A stretch of 45,021 nt of DNA, from contig CADBMW010000144.1 in the NCBI GenBank assembly GCA_902795855.1, forward strand, positions 1 to 45,021, read 5' to 3'. This DNA comes from an uncultured Lachnospiraceae bacterium. Lineage in GTDB: Bacteria; Bacillota; Clostridia; Lachnospirales; Lachnospiraceae. The notes beneath the pieces are model-generated. The model worked only from the letters and a program-made list of their open reading frames with translations, ran no database searches and was not told the origin of the DNA. How positions within the stretch are numbered: position 1 is the stretch's first letter; the number at the start of each line of letters is the position of its first letter. A program made the position numbers and the translations under genes. Below, piece after piece: positions 9,532 through 18,647 of this stretch.

Positions 9532-10851
9532 TTACAAACATTCATAGCTGATATTAGCTATGCTTATTAAATCTCCCGGAGTGAGGACTCTAACCTCTCC
9601 CTCCGGAAGCCTGTCATCATTTATATATGTTCCATTTGTAGACCCCATATCTGTCAGAGTTACTACATCCCCCTGCTTATCCAGAACTGCATGAAGCCTG
9701 CTTACTGAAGGATCATCCAGCACATAATCACAGGTGCTGTCCTGCCTTCCTACTTTTGTTTCTCCTTCAATCAGTAAAATCTGTTTATATTCTGTTCCTC
9801 CCGACTTTGGAACAAGTCTGGAAACATTGTCACTTACACCGGAACCGAGAACCGTAGTATCTGATGTATCATTTCTCAGGCTCGCATTTTTCATGCTGTC
9901 ATTTGAAATCGAGATATTATCATCGGTCGATACTGCATTTTTTCCATCCCTTAAGCTCCCTTCATATAAAACCTTCTTCTTTACCGGAAAGGGATCTTCC
10001 CTTTTCAGATAACCCATCATGCTGGATGCAGTCTCCAGCTCATTTTTCTTGTGCATATAATCCACCACTATATAAACTGCCACTGCCATAATAACCAGAA
10101 CACTGATCTTCAACGTTCCCTTTCCAAAGACCAGCAGCATTATGATGGTCATGACAAAAGCACCTACAGCAGCAAGAATATAAATAGATTTATTTATTTC
10201 TGTTACATCCTCATATATAACCGGTTCTTTTTCCTCCGGCTTTATGGTCTCTATTTCATAGGCTGTTTTTTCATTTACAGTTTTCTCCCGGCTCCTGAAA
10301 CCTTGCTCTTCGGCAGTATCCTGCTCAAGCATTTTGCAGAACATTTCAGACGTGAAGCTTTCACTTAAAAAATGGCTGTACATATCATAAAGGTACATAA
10401 CTCCCTCTGAATCCTTGTGATCATATACCCTCATAAAATCTTCAAAAAGATCCTTTATTTCCTCCCTGAAGCTTTTTGTTTTGCCCGGAACATAAAGAAA
10501 CCTGTATTCATCTTTTTCCTCCGAATAAAAGATATATTTCATATCCAGGATTACATTTTCTGGACTCAGCATATAATCCTTAAGCTCCATAAAGCATGCC
10601 TTCATATCATTTAGCATTTTGTTCAGAAACCTCTTATCCGGATATACTCTTTTACATCTGGACTCCAGTGAGATCAGCCCGTCCACCTTAAATAGAAGAC
10701 TCTTTTCTCCGTCGATTTCCCTGACCTCGGTCCTTGGTATCAATTTTAAAGAACAATGTGTCAGCATATTTAATTCATAGTTTTCAGGCATTGTAATATT
10801 ACTTACCTCAACATAACTGTTACTCCCCCGATTTTTCTGAAAGATTATCAT
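9532..10851 (-). CDS. Membrane FHA-domain protein (DUF6382-like N-terminus) of the clostridial Tad locus
   Basis: Two central TM helices. C-terminal FHA motifs VGR...SVSRLHA...DMGSTNGTYIN. Confidence 0.85.
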   Translation of the reverse strand: MIIFQKNRGSNSYVEVSNITMPENYELNMLTHCSLKLIPRTEVREIDGEKSLLFKVDGLISLESRCKRVYPDKRFLNKMLNDMKACFMELKDYMLSPENVILDMKYIFYSEEKDEYRFLYVPGKTKSFREEIKDLFEDFMRVYDHKDSEGVMYLYDMYSHFLSESFTSEMFCKMLEQDTAEEQGFRSREKTVNEKTAYEIETIKPEEKEPVIYEDVTEINKSIYILAAVGAFVMTIIMLLVFGKGTLKISVLVIMAVAVYIVVDYMHKKNELETASSMMGYLKREDPFPVKKKVLYEGSLRDGKNAVSTDDNISISNDSMKNASLRNDTSDTTVLGSGVSDNVSRLVPKSGGTEYKQILLIEGETKVGRQDSTCDYVLDDPSVSRLHAVLDKQGDVVTLTDMGSTNGTYINDDRLPEGEVRVLTPGDLISIANISYECL

Positions 10852-11239
10852 ACAACTGCCACCTCCTCAGTCTGTCCACACGTACATCTATCTCTCTTTC
10901 GGAAGCAACTTCAAAGCTTTCCATATATTCAAGGGTTCCATCAAAGCGGGCCTTATGTCCGGCATAATCTGCCTGAACCTTACATTGTCCGTATCCCAGG
11001 GTTGTTCCATATTGAAGACTGTTAAGATAATCCTCCGGTTTTTTATTACTTATATACACCTCTGGAATTGTGAATAATGCTTCAGTTTCTTCAGCATAGA
11101 TAATGCTCTTTTCATATATAACTATCAGCCCTGCAAGACTTATAAATACGGCCATCAATATTACAGGTACTATCACGCTGGCTTCTATAGTCATATAACC
11201 TGAATTCCCGAATATTTTTTTTAGTTTTTTCTTCTTCAT
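10820..11239 (-). CDS. TadE-like pseudopilin
   Basis: Class III signal G|YMTIEASVIVP followed by a hydrophobic helix. Overlaps the downstream FHA gene. Confidence 0.75.
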   Translation of the reverse strand: MKKKKLKKIFGNSGYMTIEASVIVPVILMAVFISLAGLIVIYEKSIIYAEETEALFTIPEVYISNKKPEDYLNSLQYGTTLGYGQCKVQADYAGHKARFDGTLEYMESFEVASEREIDVRVDRLRRWQLYDNLSEKSGE

Positions 11240-11242
11240 TTA

Positions 11243-12004
11243 TTAATCACCACACTTCGAACATGGCGGTAGATTTACCTCGCTCAGCTTCTTTCTTTCC
11301 ACAGTTCTCATAAGTCTTGAGCATTGCTTACTGGAATGGTATCTGCTTCCGCTTCCTGTTACATAAACACTGTCTCCCGCCTGAGCGCCGCAGTATTCGC
11401 AGGGGGTATATCCACTGCCTGCAGCTCCTGTTTTTGACATGACCTGTATATCCGGTGACAGATATGTGCAGCTTCTGGTGGTATGGTACACAACACCATT
11501 TTTTGCCACAAAAACATATCTGTCTTCTTCTTCCTCAGTCTCACTCTGCAAAGCTGCGCTTCCAAGATAGGCCCGCTGTCTTATATGCTCTTTATACATG
11601 TGGGTAAAGCCATTTATCAGAGGAATATCTATGTGAACAAAATATCTTATCTCAAGATCTATATACCCGTGATCATCAGGCAGAGATGAGCCCAGAAAGC
11701 TTACTCCGTTTTTTCCTCCGACCACATATTTTTCCAGGAGGGCATCATTGTCCACATATTCATTAAAACGTACCAGCAATGTACCTGCTGTCAGCGCATC
11801 ATTTAACAGATTCTCATCTTCGGAAATATTATTTGCCAGATATACATACTCAGCCATGTATTCCGCAGTCTCGATACAACCTTCATATACAGTTGCTCTA
11901 ACTGCTGATATCTCACTTACATATGCCAGGAAAAGCATGGTAAACAGAAACATCGGAAGTGCTATCGCAGCCTCTATAGAAACACTCCCCCTATTATTAT
12001 CCAT
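11243..12004 (-). CDS. TadE-like pseudopilin with two C-terminal H-x4-C-xn-C-x2-C putative zinc fingers
   Basis: RG|SVSIEAAIALP prepilin motif. YHTTRSC...PCEYCG and YHSSKQC...PCSKCG. GGAGG RBS upstream. Confidence 0.8.
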   Translation of the reverse strand: MDNNRGSVSIEAAIALPMFLFTMLFLAYVSEISAVRATVYEGCIETAEYMAEYVYLANNISEDENLLNDALTAGTLLVRFNEYVDNDALLEKYVVGGKNGVSFLGSSLPDDHGYIDLEIRYFVHIDIPLINGFTHMYKEHIRQRAYLGSAALQSETEEEEDRYVFVAKNGVVYHTTRSCTYLSPDIQVMSKTGAAGSGYTPCEYCGAQAGDSVYVTGSGSRYHSSKQCSRLMRTVERKKLSEVNLPPCSKCGD

Positions 12005-12138
12005 AAACGCACCACACCTCCTGTCTGACAGCCTATAAGCTTTCCACTTTCAGAAGAGACTTGACTATTACCACTATTTTCTTAAGAGAATCATGAAACA
12101 ATACCTTAGTGCTCATAGGCCGTCATATTTTTATAATC

Positions 12139-13614
12139 TCAAAAGCCTGTTTCCTCATGATAGGAATAGCTTCTGTCTTTGTAATTTATATCCACATTCA
12201 CTCCAAAGGCGGTTATACAGTTTTTGATCAAAAATGATTTATCCGAATTTTTGATTGTATTTATCTGTATCAGATCAAGCATTCTGTTCTCCAGCTTGTT
12301 TCCCTGAAGTGCCGCCAGAATCATCAGATAGTTGTTATAATCCAGTCCTGTTTCCTCGCTGTCCTCTCCGGATATCTCTTCCAGATGGGCCAGACTTTCA
12401 AAATCCGTAACCCAGGTTGTGGGAGATTTCCAGTAGGGAACCTTGTGATTTCTAAGAAGTCTGTAGACATCGGCAACGCTTTCTATATATGACCAGCATC
12501 CTGCCAGAAGATATTTGACCACTGGCTCCAAAGGGGGAAATTCTACAGTAAGTGCAGCTGCCAGGGCTTCGCACTCTCCCATTTTTTCAGCATCTGTAAC
12601 AATGTAGGCAAAATTGACTCCAAATCTTATTACCAGTATTTCATTTATTACCTTTTTATAGTTTTCTCCATCACTTGGTTTTCCAGCTATCAGATATTCC
12701 ATCTCCAAATTCAGCACCGTATCATCAAACTTTTTATCCGTCAGTGAATTAAAATGTCCCCGGGCATATGCAAGGGCTTCGGCTTTTTCAACCAGATTAT
12801 CAGCCCAGCCATTTCCTCTTTTTCCATCCTTTTTCATTTGTTCCTTGTCACTGAAATCTGTTGCAATCTCCATGTCATTTTCAGTAACCGCTCCACCGGA
12901 TGGAAGACTGGCTGTATCCAGTTCCTCTTCGCTAAGCTCAGTTCCTTCAGGAAGAAGCAGACCTGCTATCCCTGCCTTTGTAAAGGCCTTCAGAGTTTCC
13001 CGAGGATCTGTCACTTCCTCTTTTTCTGAAGCTGTTTCTTCGACAGTTTCTCCTTCTCCTGAGGCTCCATCCTCCTCAGCACTCTGGCCGGAGTCTGCAG
13101 CCTGGGTCTCAGCGTTAATTTCGGACTGTCTCTCACTTATATCTCCTTCCATATTTCCTATAAGTTTGTTATCTACAGGTTCGTCTTCACCGCCTGTTTT
13201 TTCCAAAATTTTATCTGCTGCATATTCAACCAGATCATATGCCGCATTATCACTAATCTGTTTTTTAAACTCTCTGTTATCATCATCCGTAATATATGTA
13301 ACTCCGGACACTATCAGATTTTCTATTTCAAATCCGGAGCCCAGATCCACCTTCAGCAGATCTTCCATATCATTTTCCATGGCTCCTTCGCCTTCACCGG
13401 ACTTATTTCTGTCCAGCAAAAGGATATTGTAACGGTCAAATACATATCTGTTGTAACCCGCCAGCTCAGAAGACATGGCACTGCTGAGTGCCGTTGACAT
13501 TTTCGTTCGTGCATAACTTCTGTCACATACCTCCATCACAGCCATGGATACAACAAGCATCACCACCAGAAGCAATGATATAAAAACCGTCACATACCCT
13601 TTCCTATTAATCAT
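12139..13614 (-). CDS. Large TadG/TadE-like minor pilin (DUF5702-like)
   Basis: RKG|YVTVFISLLL prepilin-like N-terminus. Conserved-looking motifs EMEYLIAG, IRFGVNF and LDYNNYL. Located directly after flp. Confidence 0.7.
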   Translation of the reverse strand: MINRKGYVTVFISLLLVVMLVVSMAVMEVCDRSYARTKMSTALSSAMSSELAGYNRYVFDRYNILLLDRNKSGEGEGAMENDMEDLLKVDLGSGFEIENLIVSGVTYITDDDNREFKKQISDNAAYDLVEYAADKILEKTGGEDEPVDNKLIGNMEGDISERQSEINAETQAADSGQSAEEDGASGEGETVEETASEKEEVTDPRETLKAFTKAGIAGLLLPEGTELSEEELDTASLPSGGAVTENDMEIATDFSDKEQMKKDGKRGNGWADNLVEKAEALAYARGHFNSLTDKKFDDTVLNLEMEYLIAGKPSDGENYKKVINEILVIRFGVNFAYIVTDAEKMGECEALAAALTVEFPPLEPVVKYLLAGCWSYIESVADVYRLLRNHKVPYWKSPTTWVTDFESLAHLEEISGEDSEETGLDYNNYLMILAALQGNKLENRMLDLIQINTIKNSDKSFLIKNCITAFGVNVDINYKDRSYSYHEETGF

Positions 13615-13627
13615 TTTTCTCCCCTTT

Positions 13628-13825
13628 TTATCCTGTTATTGTATTTGAACCGCTGGTTATGGCCTTCCATATTTTGCCCACAAGTGTTGACGCTTCATCC
13701 TTAAAAATGATTACTAAGCCAATCAAAACAACCAGGATAAGTATTATCTCAACTACAGCGACACCGCTGTTATCTTTCCCTACTTCTAATAATCTGTTTC
13801 TTATTTTCCATATCAATAAGCTCAT
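13628..13825 (-). CDS. flp: Flp family type IVb major pilin
   Basis: 65 aa; DNSG|VAVVEIILILVVLIGLVIIFK with Gly-1 and Glu+5; AGGAGG RBS. Confidence 0.9.
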   Translation of the reverse strand: MSLLIWKIRNRLLEVGKDNSGVAVVEIILILVVLIGLVIIFKDEASTLVGKIWKAITSGSNTITG

Positions 13826-13843
13826 CTCATGTTCCTCCTTTTA

Positions 13844-15247
13844 TTACATTCCTATAAATGCCGGATACATAATTATCACGATTACTAGAACCAGGAGCAG
13901 AGAAGTGGGAAGGATAAGCTTCTCAGAAGCCTCTTCCCCTCTTTTTCTGATATGCTCCCTTTTAATATAAAATCCTGTTTTTATTTCGGAATCCAGCATC
14001 TTTATCAGATTTGAATTTCCATATGATAAATTCTGGCTTATTAATGACATAAGCCTTAGATATTCCTGAGAGCCTATGGTTCTTCCAAACTCCATATAGG
14101 CAGTGCCTTCGCTTACTCCGGAAGATATACGGTTCAGCATAAAATGCACTTCATCTCTCAGATATTCACAACGTTCACTTTGTACTGTATGTTTAAATGC
14201 GTCCTTCAGGCTAAGCCCTGATCCAATGTGGATTGCAAGCCTGTTAACAAAACCGAAGTATTCATCCTCCAGTTCCCTGTCTCTTTCCTTTCCCTTTTCC
14301 TTCAGTCTGCCAAGCCTGAGATATCCCAGACTGAAAGCAGCCAGTATCCCCATTATCAGTATGGCTGCTGTTGTTCCAGCCCAGCCTGATTTTCTGAGGA
14401 TTTTCACATCATCCAGATTATGAGGTAATACCAGCTCATCCTCGGACCTGCTTTGTTCTTCAATATTAAGTATTGATGCCTTTGCCCTTTCAGAGCTGGT
14501 AAGCTTTATATCTTTTTTAACCACAAAATCTTTTTTGTAGGTTGCAGTATAATTTGAATCCTTTATTTCCGCAGTCATCTGAACCGGCATATCCTTATCC
14601 AGTTCTTCTGTCTTTACAACTCCTGTACTGCTTATTACTGATGGTTCACTGGAACTCCAGACGATTTTTAGCACTCCACTTTCATCCATTGATGGAAGCT
14701 CCAGATCACTGCATATATTCTCCGGAGAAATGTTATCTCCCAGTATGCAGCTGTCTATATAAGCCTCTGCCTCTTTACTCTTTCTGTGAAACTCCTCTTC
14801 GCTGTACTCTCTTGGGCTTACCTCCAGATTGAAGTTTTCCTTTTTTCCGCTTTTTTCATCTTCAAGCTCAATATCCACGTATACTGATGAATCTCCTGCC
14901 TCCGGTCTTTTCACTTTATACAGGTCATCCTCCTTCTGGGGCTTCAGGGTTACCAGAAATGCCACTACAGCCGCCAGAAACACACCCTTTACCACATATT
15001 CGTATGCTTTAAGGAGCTCCCTGTCCACCTCTTGTCTCAGGTCTCTTGTATTCAGGATATTGTTTTTTCTCACAATACCTCTGACGTAGCTTTTTAAACC
15101 GGGAGGAGTTATTTCAAGCAGAAAATACGGAACAAAAGAAAGAAATCCTTTTTTCTCCACATCCTTATATTTGCTATAGTTTTTTCGGCTGATCAAAGCC
15201 AGTACGGAAATGAGAAAAACAAGTCCGACAGCTATATACCTAACCAT
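13844..15247 (-). CDS. tadC: TadC-like platform protein with extracellular Ig-like insertion
   Basis: C-terminal T2SSF-type segment (LAIHIGSGLSL...GEEASEKLILP...MYPA). Extracellular segment with LELP...IVWSSSEPSVISSTGVV. Confidence 0.75.
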   Translation of the reverse strand: MVRYIAVGLVFLISVLALISRKNYSKYKDVEKKGFLSFVPYFLLEITPPGLKSYVRGIVRKNNILNTRDLRQEVDRELLKAYEYVVKGVFLAAVVAFLVTLKPQKEDDLYKVKRPEAGDSSVYVDIELEDEKSGKKENFNLEVSPREYSEEEFHRKSKEAEAYIDSCILGDNISPENICSDLELPSMDESGVLKIVWSSSEPSVISSTGVVKTEELDKDMPVQMTAEIKDSNYTATYKKDFVVKKDIKLTSSERAKASILNIEEQSRSEDELVLPHNLDDVKILRKSGWAGTTAAILIMGILAAFSLGYLRLGRLKEKGKERDRELEDEYFGFVNRLAIHIGSGLSLKDAFKHTVQSERCEYLRDEVHFMLNRISSGVSEGTAYMEFGRTIGSQEYLRLMSLISQNLSYGNSNLIKMLDSEIKTGFYIKREHIRKRGEEASEKLILPTSLLLVLVIVIIMYPAFIGM

Positions 15248-15264
15248 AATTAACCTCCGTATTT

Positions 15265-15987
15265 TTAATATATATCTACGATTTTTCTACCCATGTGGTA
15301 TGCCAGCACATTAAGTCCCATCATGACTGTCATAATTGACACTCCCGGAATATTTCCGTAAAGAGGATCCAGAAAGCCCTCATTGGTATATCTCAGAAAA
15401 AGAGTGATGAGAGAGGGCATAGTAACCATTACCATAAGCTCCAGCTTTTTAGCTGCCACCATAGTGCTAAGCTCTTCTCTAAGCTCCATTTCATTTACCA
15501 TTCTCTCCACTGAATCCTTTATGATTTTTACCGCATTTCCACCTGTTCGTTTTATCGTAGTTATCACATCCACAAAGTCGTATGCCTCGGCTATATCCAC
15601 TTCCCGGGCAAACTCATCCAGAGCTTTATTCAGGGTGTAATTCAAACTGATCTTCTTCTCAAATTTTTCCAGGGCCTTAACCATTTCATTTCTCTTACCA
15701 TATAGCTGGATAAGCTCCTGCCTGGCATATATAAATGAATTCTCTAGTGACTTTCCTGCTTCCAGCGTGGTCTGAACTGATATCATCAAGCTTTTCAGTT
15801 CACTTATTTTCTTTAGTCTTTTCTTTGAAGCAGAAGATTCCTTCAGCACCCTATAGCCGTACACTCCCACTGCCGCAGCCGGAATCAGTCCATAGATGGC
15901 ATCGAAGAATACAAAGGCTCCTGTACAGGTAAGTACCAGGGCTCCTGTAAAAGCTCTAAAATCTATAACCAACCTCTTCTTTCCCAT
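15265..15987 (-). CDS. tadB: TadB-like platform protein
   Basis: T2SSF motifs LEAGKSLENSF and KRTGGN, C-terminal TM helices. TGATG overlap with cpaF. Confidence 0.8.
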   Translation of the reverse strand: MGKKRLVIDFRAFTGALVLTCTGAFVFFDAIYGLIPAAAVGVYGYRVLKESSASKKRLKKISELKSLMISVQTTLEAGKSLENSFIYARQELIQLYGKRNEMVKALEKFEKKISLNYTLNKALDEFAREVDIAEAYDFVDVITTIKRTGGNAVKIIKDSVERMVNEMELREELSTMVAAKKLELMVMVTMPSLITLFLRYTNEGFLDPLYGNIPGVSIMTVMMGLNVLAYHMGRKIVDIY

Positions 15988-17234
15988 CAGGAAAACCTTT
16001 CCTGATATACTGTCAGATAACCGGCACTTGCCAGCTTATTCACATTTAGAAGATCATTTATTTTCTTCAGCTCTCCTATAACCTTTTCCTGACGGATATC
16101 TGTTTCAACAAATCTGTATAATTCTCTGGTCTGTATCTCATCATTTTCCATTCCTGTCACCTCTCTTATTTCCAAAACCTTTCTTGATTTATCCCTCAGC
16201 CTGCCCAGATGGACTACTATATCCAATGCGCAGGCAATCTGCTGTCTCACAGCCTTAAGGGGAAGCTCCGCTCCCATAAGCACCATGGATTCCAGTCTCA
16301 GCAGCATCTCATGAGCCGAGTTTGCATGACCGGTTGAAAGACTTCCGTCATGTCCCGTATTCATAGCCTGCAGCATATCTATTGCTGCGGCGTCTCTGAC
16401 TTCTCCCACCACTATTCTGTCCGGTCTCATACGGAGAGAGCATTTGATCAGGTCTCTGATGGTGATCATGTTTTTCCCTTCCACATTGGCATTCTTTGCC
16501 TCCAGCCTCACCAGGTTTTGTATTCCTATAACCTTTAGTTCTGCGCTGTCTTCAATAGTCACAACTCTTTCATCTCCGGGTATGTATTCGGTAAGGGCTC
16601 CCATAAAGGTGGTTTTGCCTGCTCCTGTTCCGCCGGAGATGAAAATGTTATATCCGGAGGCAACCAGCATTCCAAGGAAGTCCGCAGTATCCCGGTCTAT
16701 TGCTCCCAGCTCTATCAGATTCTCCATGTTAAATGCCTGCTTCGGAAATTTTCTGATGGTGACAGCACAGCCATCCACCGAAACTCCCTTCAGCACAATA
16801 TTTACTCTTGATCCATCGGAAAGTATCACATCTGCAATGGGGCTGGATTCATTTACCATTCTGTTTGCATCACCTACCATCTGCTGTATAACTGTCATGA
16901 GCCTTTCCGGATCATTAAATGCCTTATCCGATTTCATGATCCTGCCCTGCTTTTCATAAAAGATTTCATCATGACCATTGATCATTATCTCGGTTATGCT
17001 GTCATCCTCCAGAAGCTCGGACAAAACATCCAGCCTCCTGATAGAGTTAAATATTTCCTCCTTCATCTTCAGCTTTTCTTTTATGGGAATGTAAATTCCG
17101 CCCACTTCCCGGACTAAGGATTCATCTATGATTTGACTTACATCCTCATCTTTTATTTCTCCTGACAGATCAAGCCTGTCCAAAACATCGGATTTGATTC
17201 TTTCTCTTAACTCGTTATCCATCCTTCTCACCAT
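15987..17234 (-). CDS. cpaF: CpaF/TadA pilus assembly ATPase
   Basis: Walker A GGTGAGKTT, TIEDSAEL, LRMRPDRIVVGEVR, AMNTGHDGSLSTGHANS. Confidence 0.95.
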   Translation of the reverse strand: MVRRMDNELRERIKSDVLDRLDLSGEIKDEDVSQIIDESLVREVGGIYIPIKEKLKMKEEIFNSIRRLDVLSELLEDDSITEIMINGHDEIFYEKQGRIMKSDKAFNDPERLMTVIQQMVGDANRMVNESSPIADVILSDGSRVNIVLKGVSVDGCAVTIRKFPKQAFNMENLIELGAIDRDTADFLGMLVASGYNIFISGGTGAGKTTFMGALTEYIPGDERVVTIEDSAELKVIGIQNLVRLEAKNANVEGKNMITIRDLIKCSLRMRPDRIVVGEVRDAAAIDMLQAMNTGHDGSLSTGHANSAHEMLLRLESMVLMGAELPLKAVRQQIACALDIVVHLGRLRDKSRKVLEIREVTGMENDEIQTRELYRFVETDIRQEKVIGELKKINDLLNVNKLASAGYLTVYQERFS

Positions 17235-18171
17235 TTTTTATTTTCCAGACTGTCTTTATAAGCTCCTCACTTCCATATGGTACATTTGGGACCTCCACAG
17301 GATGCAATCTCCGGATTACATCCTGAAATCCCATATCTGCCAGCAGCTTCATGAAAACCTCTATCTTTTTCATAGATGTTTCATCCGTCAGCACCGGCAT
17401 ATATATTTTCTTAAAAAGCCTGAGTATGGAAAAATCCGACAAAACTGCAGATCCTATATCAAAACAGATGGTTGTATAATTTCCTGTTTTTTTCAGGATT
17501 TCTATCAGCCTTTCCATATCCTTGCAAGTCACATCGTTTGCATCCAGATATGTTCCCGATATACATATTTTATGGATGCCTTGCTCCGGCCGAATTGCAT
17601 CTGATATCCTTTTATCCAGATCAGGCTTATTAATCAAAAGATCGTAGAGGATATTTGACAAAAGTGCAGAAGGATCATCACTGTAGTTCTCCATTCCCAC
17701 ATACAGTCCTCCCCGGATTTCGTCATATCCGGCCAGCGCTTTTGCAAGTGTTGTCCTGCCGCATCTTTCAACAGGTGAAAATACAGCAACTGTTTCAGAT
17801 ATATCCCTGTTATCATTCTCATAGGACATAAGAATGGAACTGATCCTTTTACAGATTTCCCCTGTATTCTGATACCTGTATATGTAACCATCCCTCACAC
17901 TTTCTCCAGTTACATAAACATTGGATGCCACATGCTCAGTCAGGACTACCACATTGATCCCCTCATATAAAAGTGAAGGAAACTCAGCAGCCGCTTCATC
18001 ATCTACAATAATCAGATCCAGGCTGCCGGTTTCCAGATATTTATCCAGTCTGGACTTATCTGAAAAAACAACCGGCTTAAACCTGATGGAATCGTGAGCG
18101 TTTATATAATCCATAAGTGCCTTTGAATAATCCAGATCGCTGCAATATATTCCTATCTTTACGGCCCTCAT
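17215..18171 (-). CDS. CpaE/TadZ-like protein (receiver-like domain plus degenerate ParA/MinD domain)
   Basis: First gene of the operon. Receiver-like LDLIIVDDE, deviant P-loop SPVERCGRTT. GGAGG RBS. Confidence 0.7.
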   Translation of the reverse strand: MRAVKIGIYCSDLDYSKALMDYINAHDSIRFKPVVFSDKSRLDKYLETGSLDLIIVDDEAAAEFPSLLYEGINVVVLTEHVASNVYVTGESVRDGYIYRYQNTGEICKRISSILMSYENDNRDISETVAVFSPVERCGRTTLAKALAGYDEIRGGLYVGMENYSDDPSALLSNILYDLLINKPDLDKRISDAIRPEQGIHKICISGTYLDANDVTCKDMERLIEILKKTGNYTTICFDIGSAVLSDFSILRLFKKIYMPVLTDETSMKKIEVFMKLLADMGFQDVIRRLHPVEVPNVPYGSEELIKTVWKIKNGEKDG

Positions 18172-18400
18172 GCTTTATCCTCCCTTCCACTTATATTTAA
18201 GATTCTTACTTCGCCAAGATTCCCTGATGAGTGTACCTATAGGTTATCAAAGCACCGGAGTACATTTAAATCACCCGGGTGCCAGGTTTTTGTTATAGTA
18301 AAGTTGTTGCATTTAAAATTCGGAAAAAACAGGGATTCCTCAAGATAGTGATGAAAGAAAAATATGAAAAACACAATTTATGGAAAAACGCTGGTTTAGA

Positions 18401-18429
18401 AAATAAAAAAACGCAACAATCTGTTGCGT
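18401..18429 (-). terminator. Intrinsic terminator-like hairpin inside the region upstream of the Tad operon
   Basis: ACGCAACA-gat-TGTTGCGT followed by TTTTTTATTT on the minus strand. Confidence 0.6.
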
Positions 18430-18575
18430 GATTTCAGCCATATTCCGTCAATTTTCTGACCGTTTATGAGCGACTTGATATTTTTCTCATTTTTCTTTGT
18501 GCATAAACACAACACTATTTATGCACCTTGCACTACAGAATTCCCTCGATTATACAAAAACCATCCATTAACATG

Positions 18576-18606
18576 AAAAAAACCGGCGTCCTGTGGACAC
18601 CGGTTT
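18576..18606 (-). terminator. Rho-independent terminator of the hybrid kinase gene
   Basis: AAACCGGTGTCC-aca-GGACGCCGGTTT running into a 7-T tract. Confidence 0.85.
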
Positions 18607-18647
18607 CTATTATTTCTTTATTAATTCTTGTATCTGTTTAATTCAGA

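Noticed and set aside
1-18171. Tad region as a genomic island integrated at tRNA-Ser
   Set aside because: The region lies on the 5' side of the tRNA. No integrase or duplicated tRNA 3' end (att site) is visible in the window.
18224-18260. CTGATGA hammerhead ribozyme core on the plus strand
   Set aside because: No GAAA follows a stem II, and no stems I/III could be formed.
18172-18560. c-di-GMP-I/II riboswitch upstream of the pilus operon
   Set aside because: Only a fragment (GTAGTGCAA) resembles class II. The other conserved elements of either class were not found by eye.
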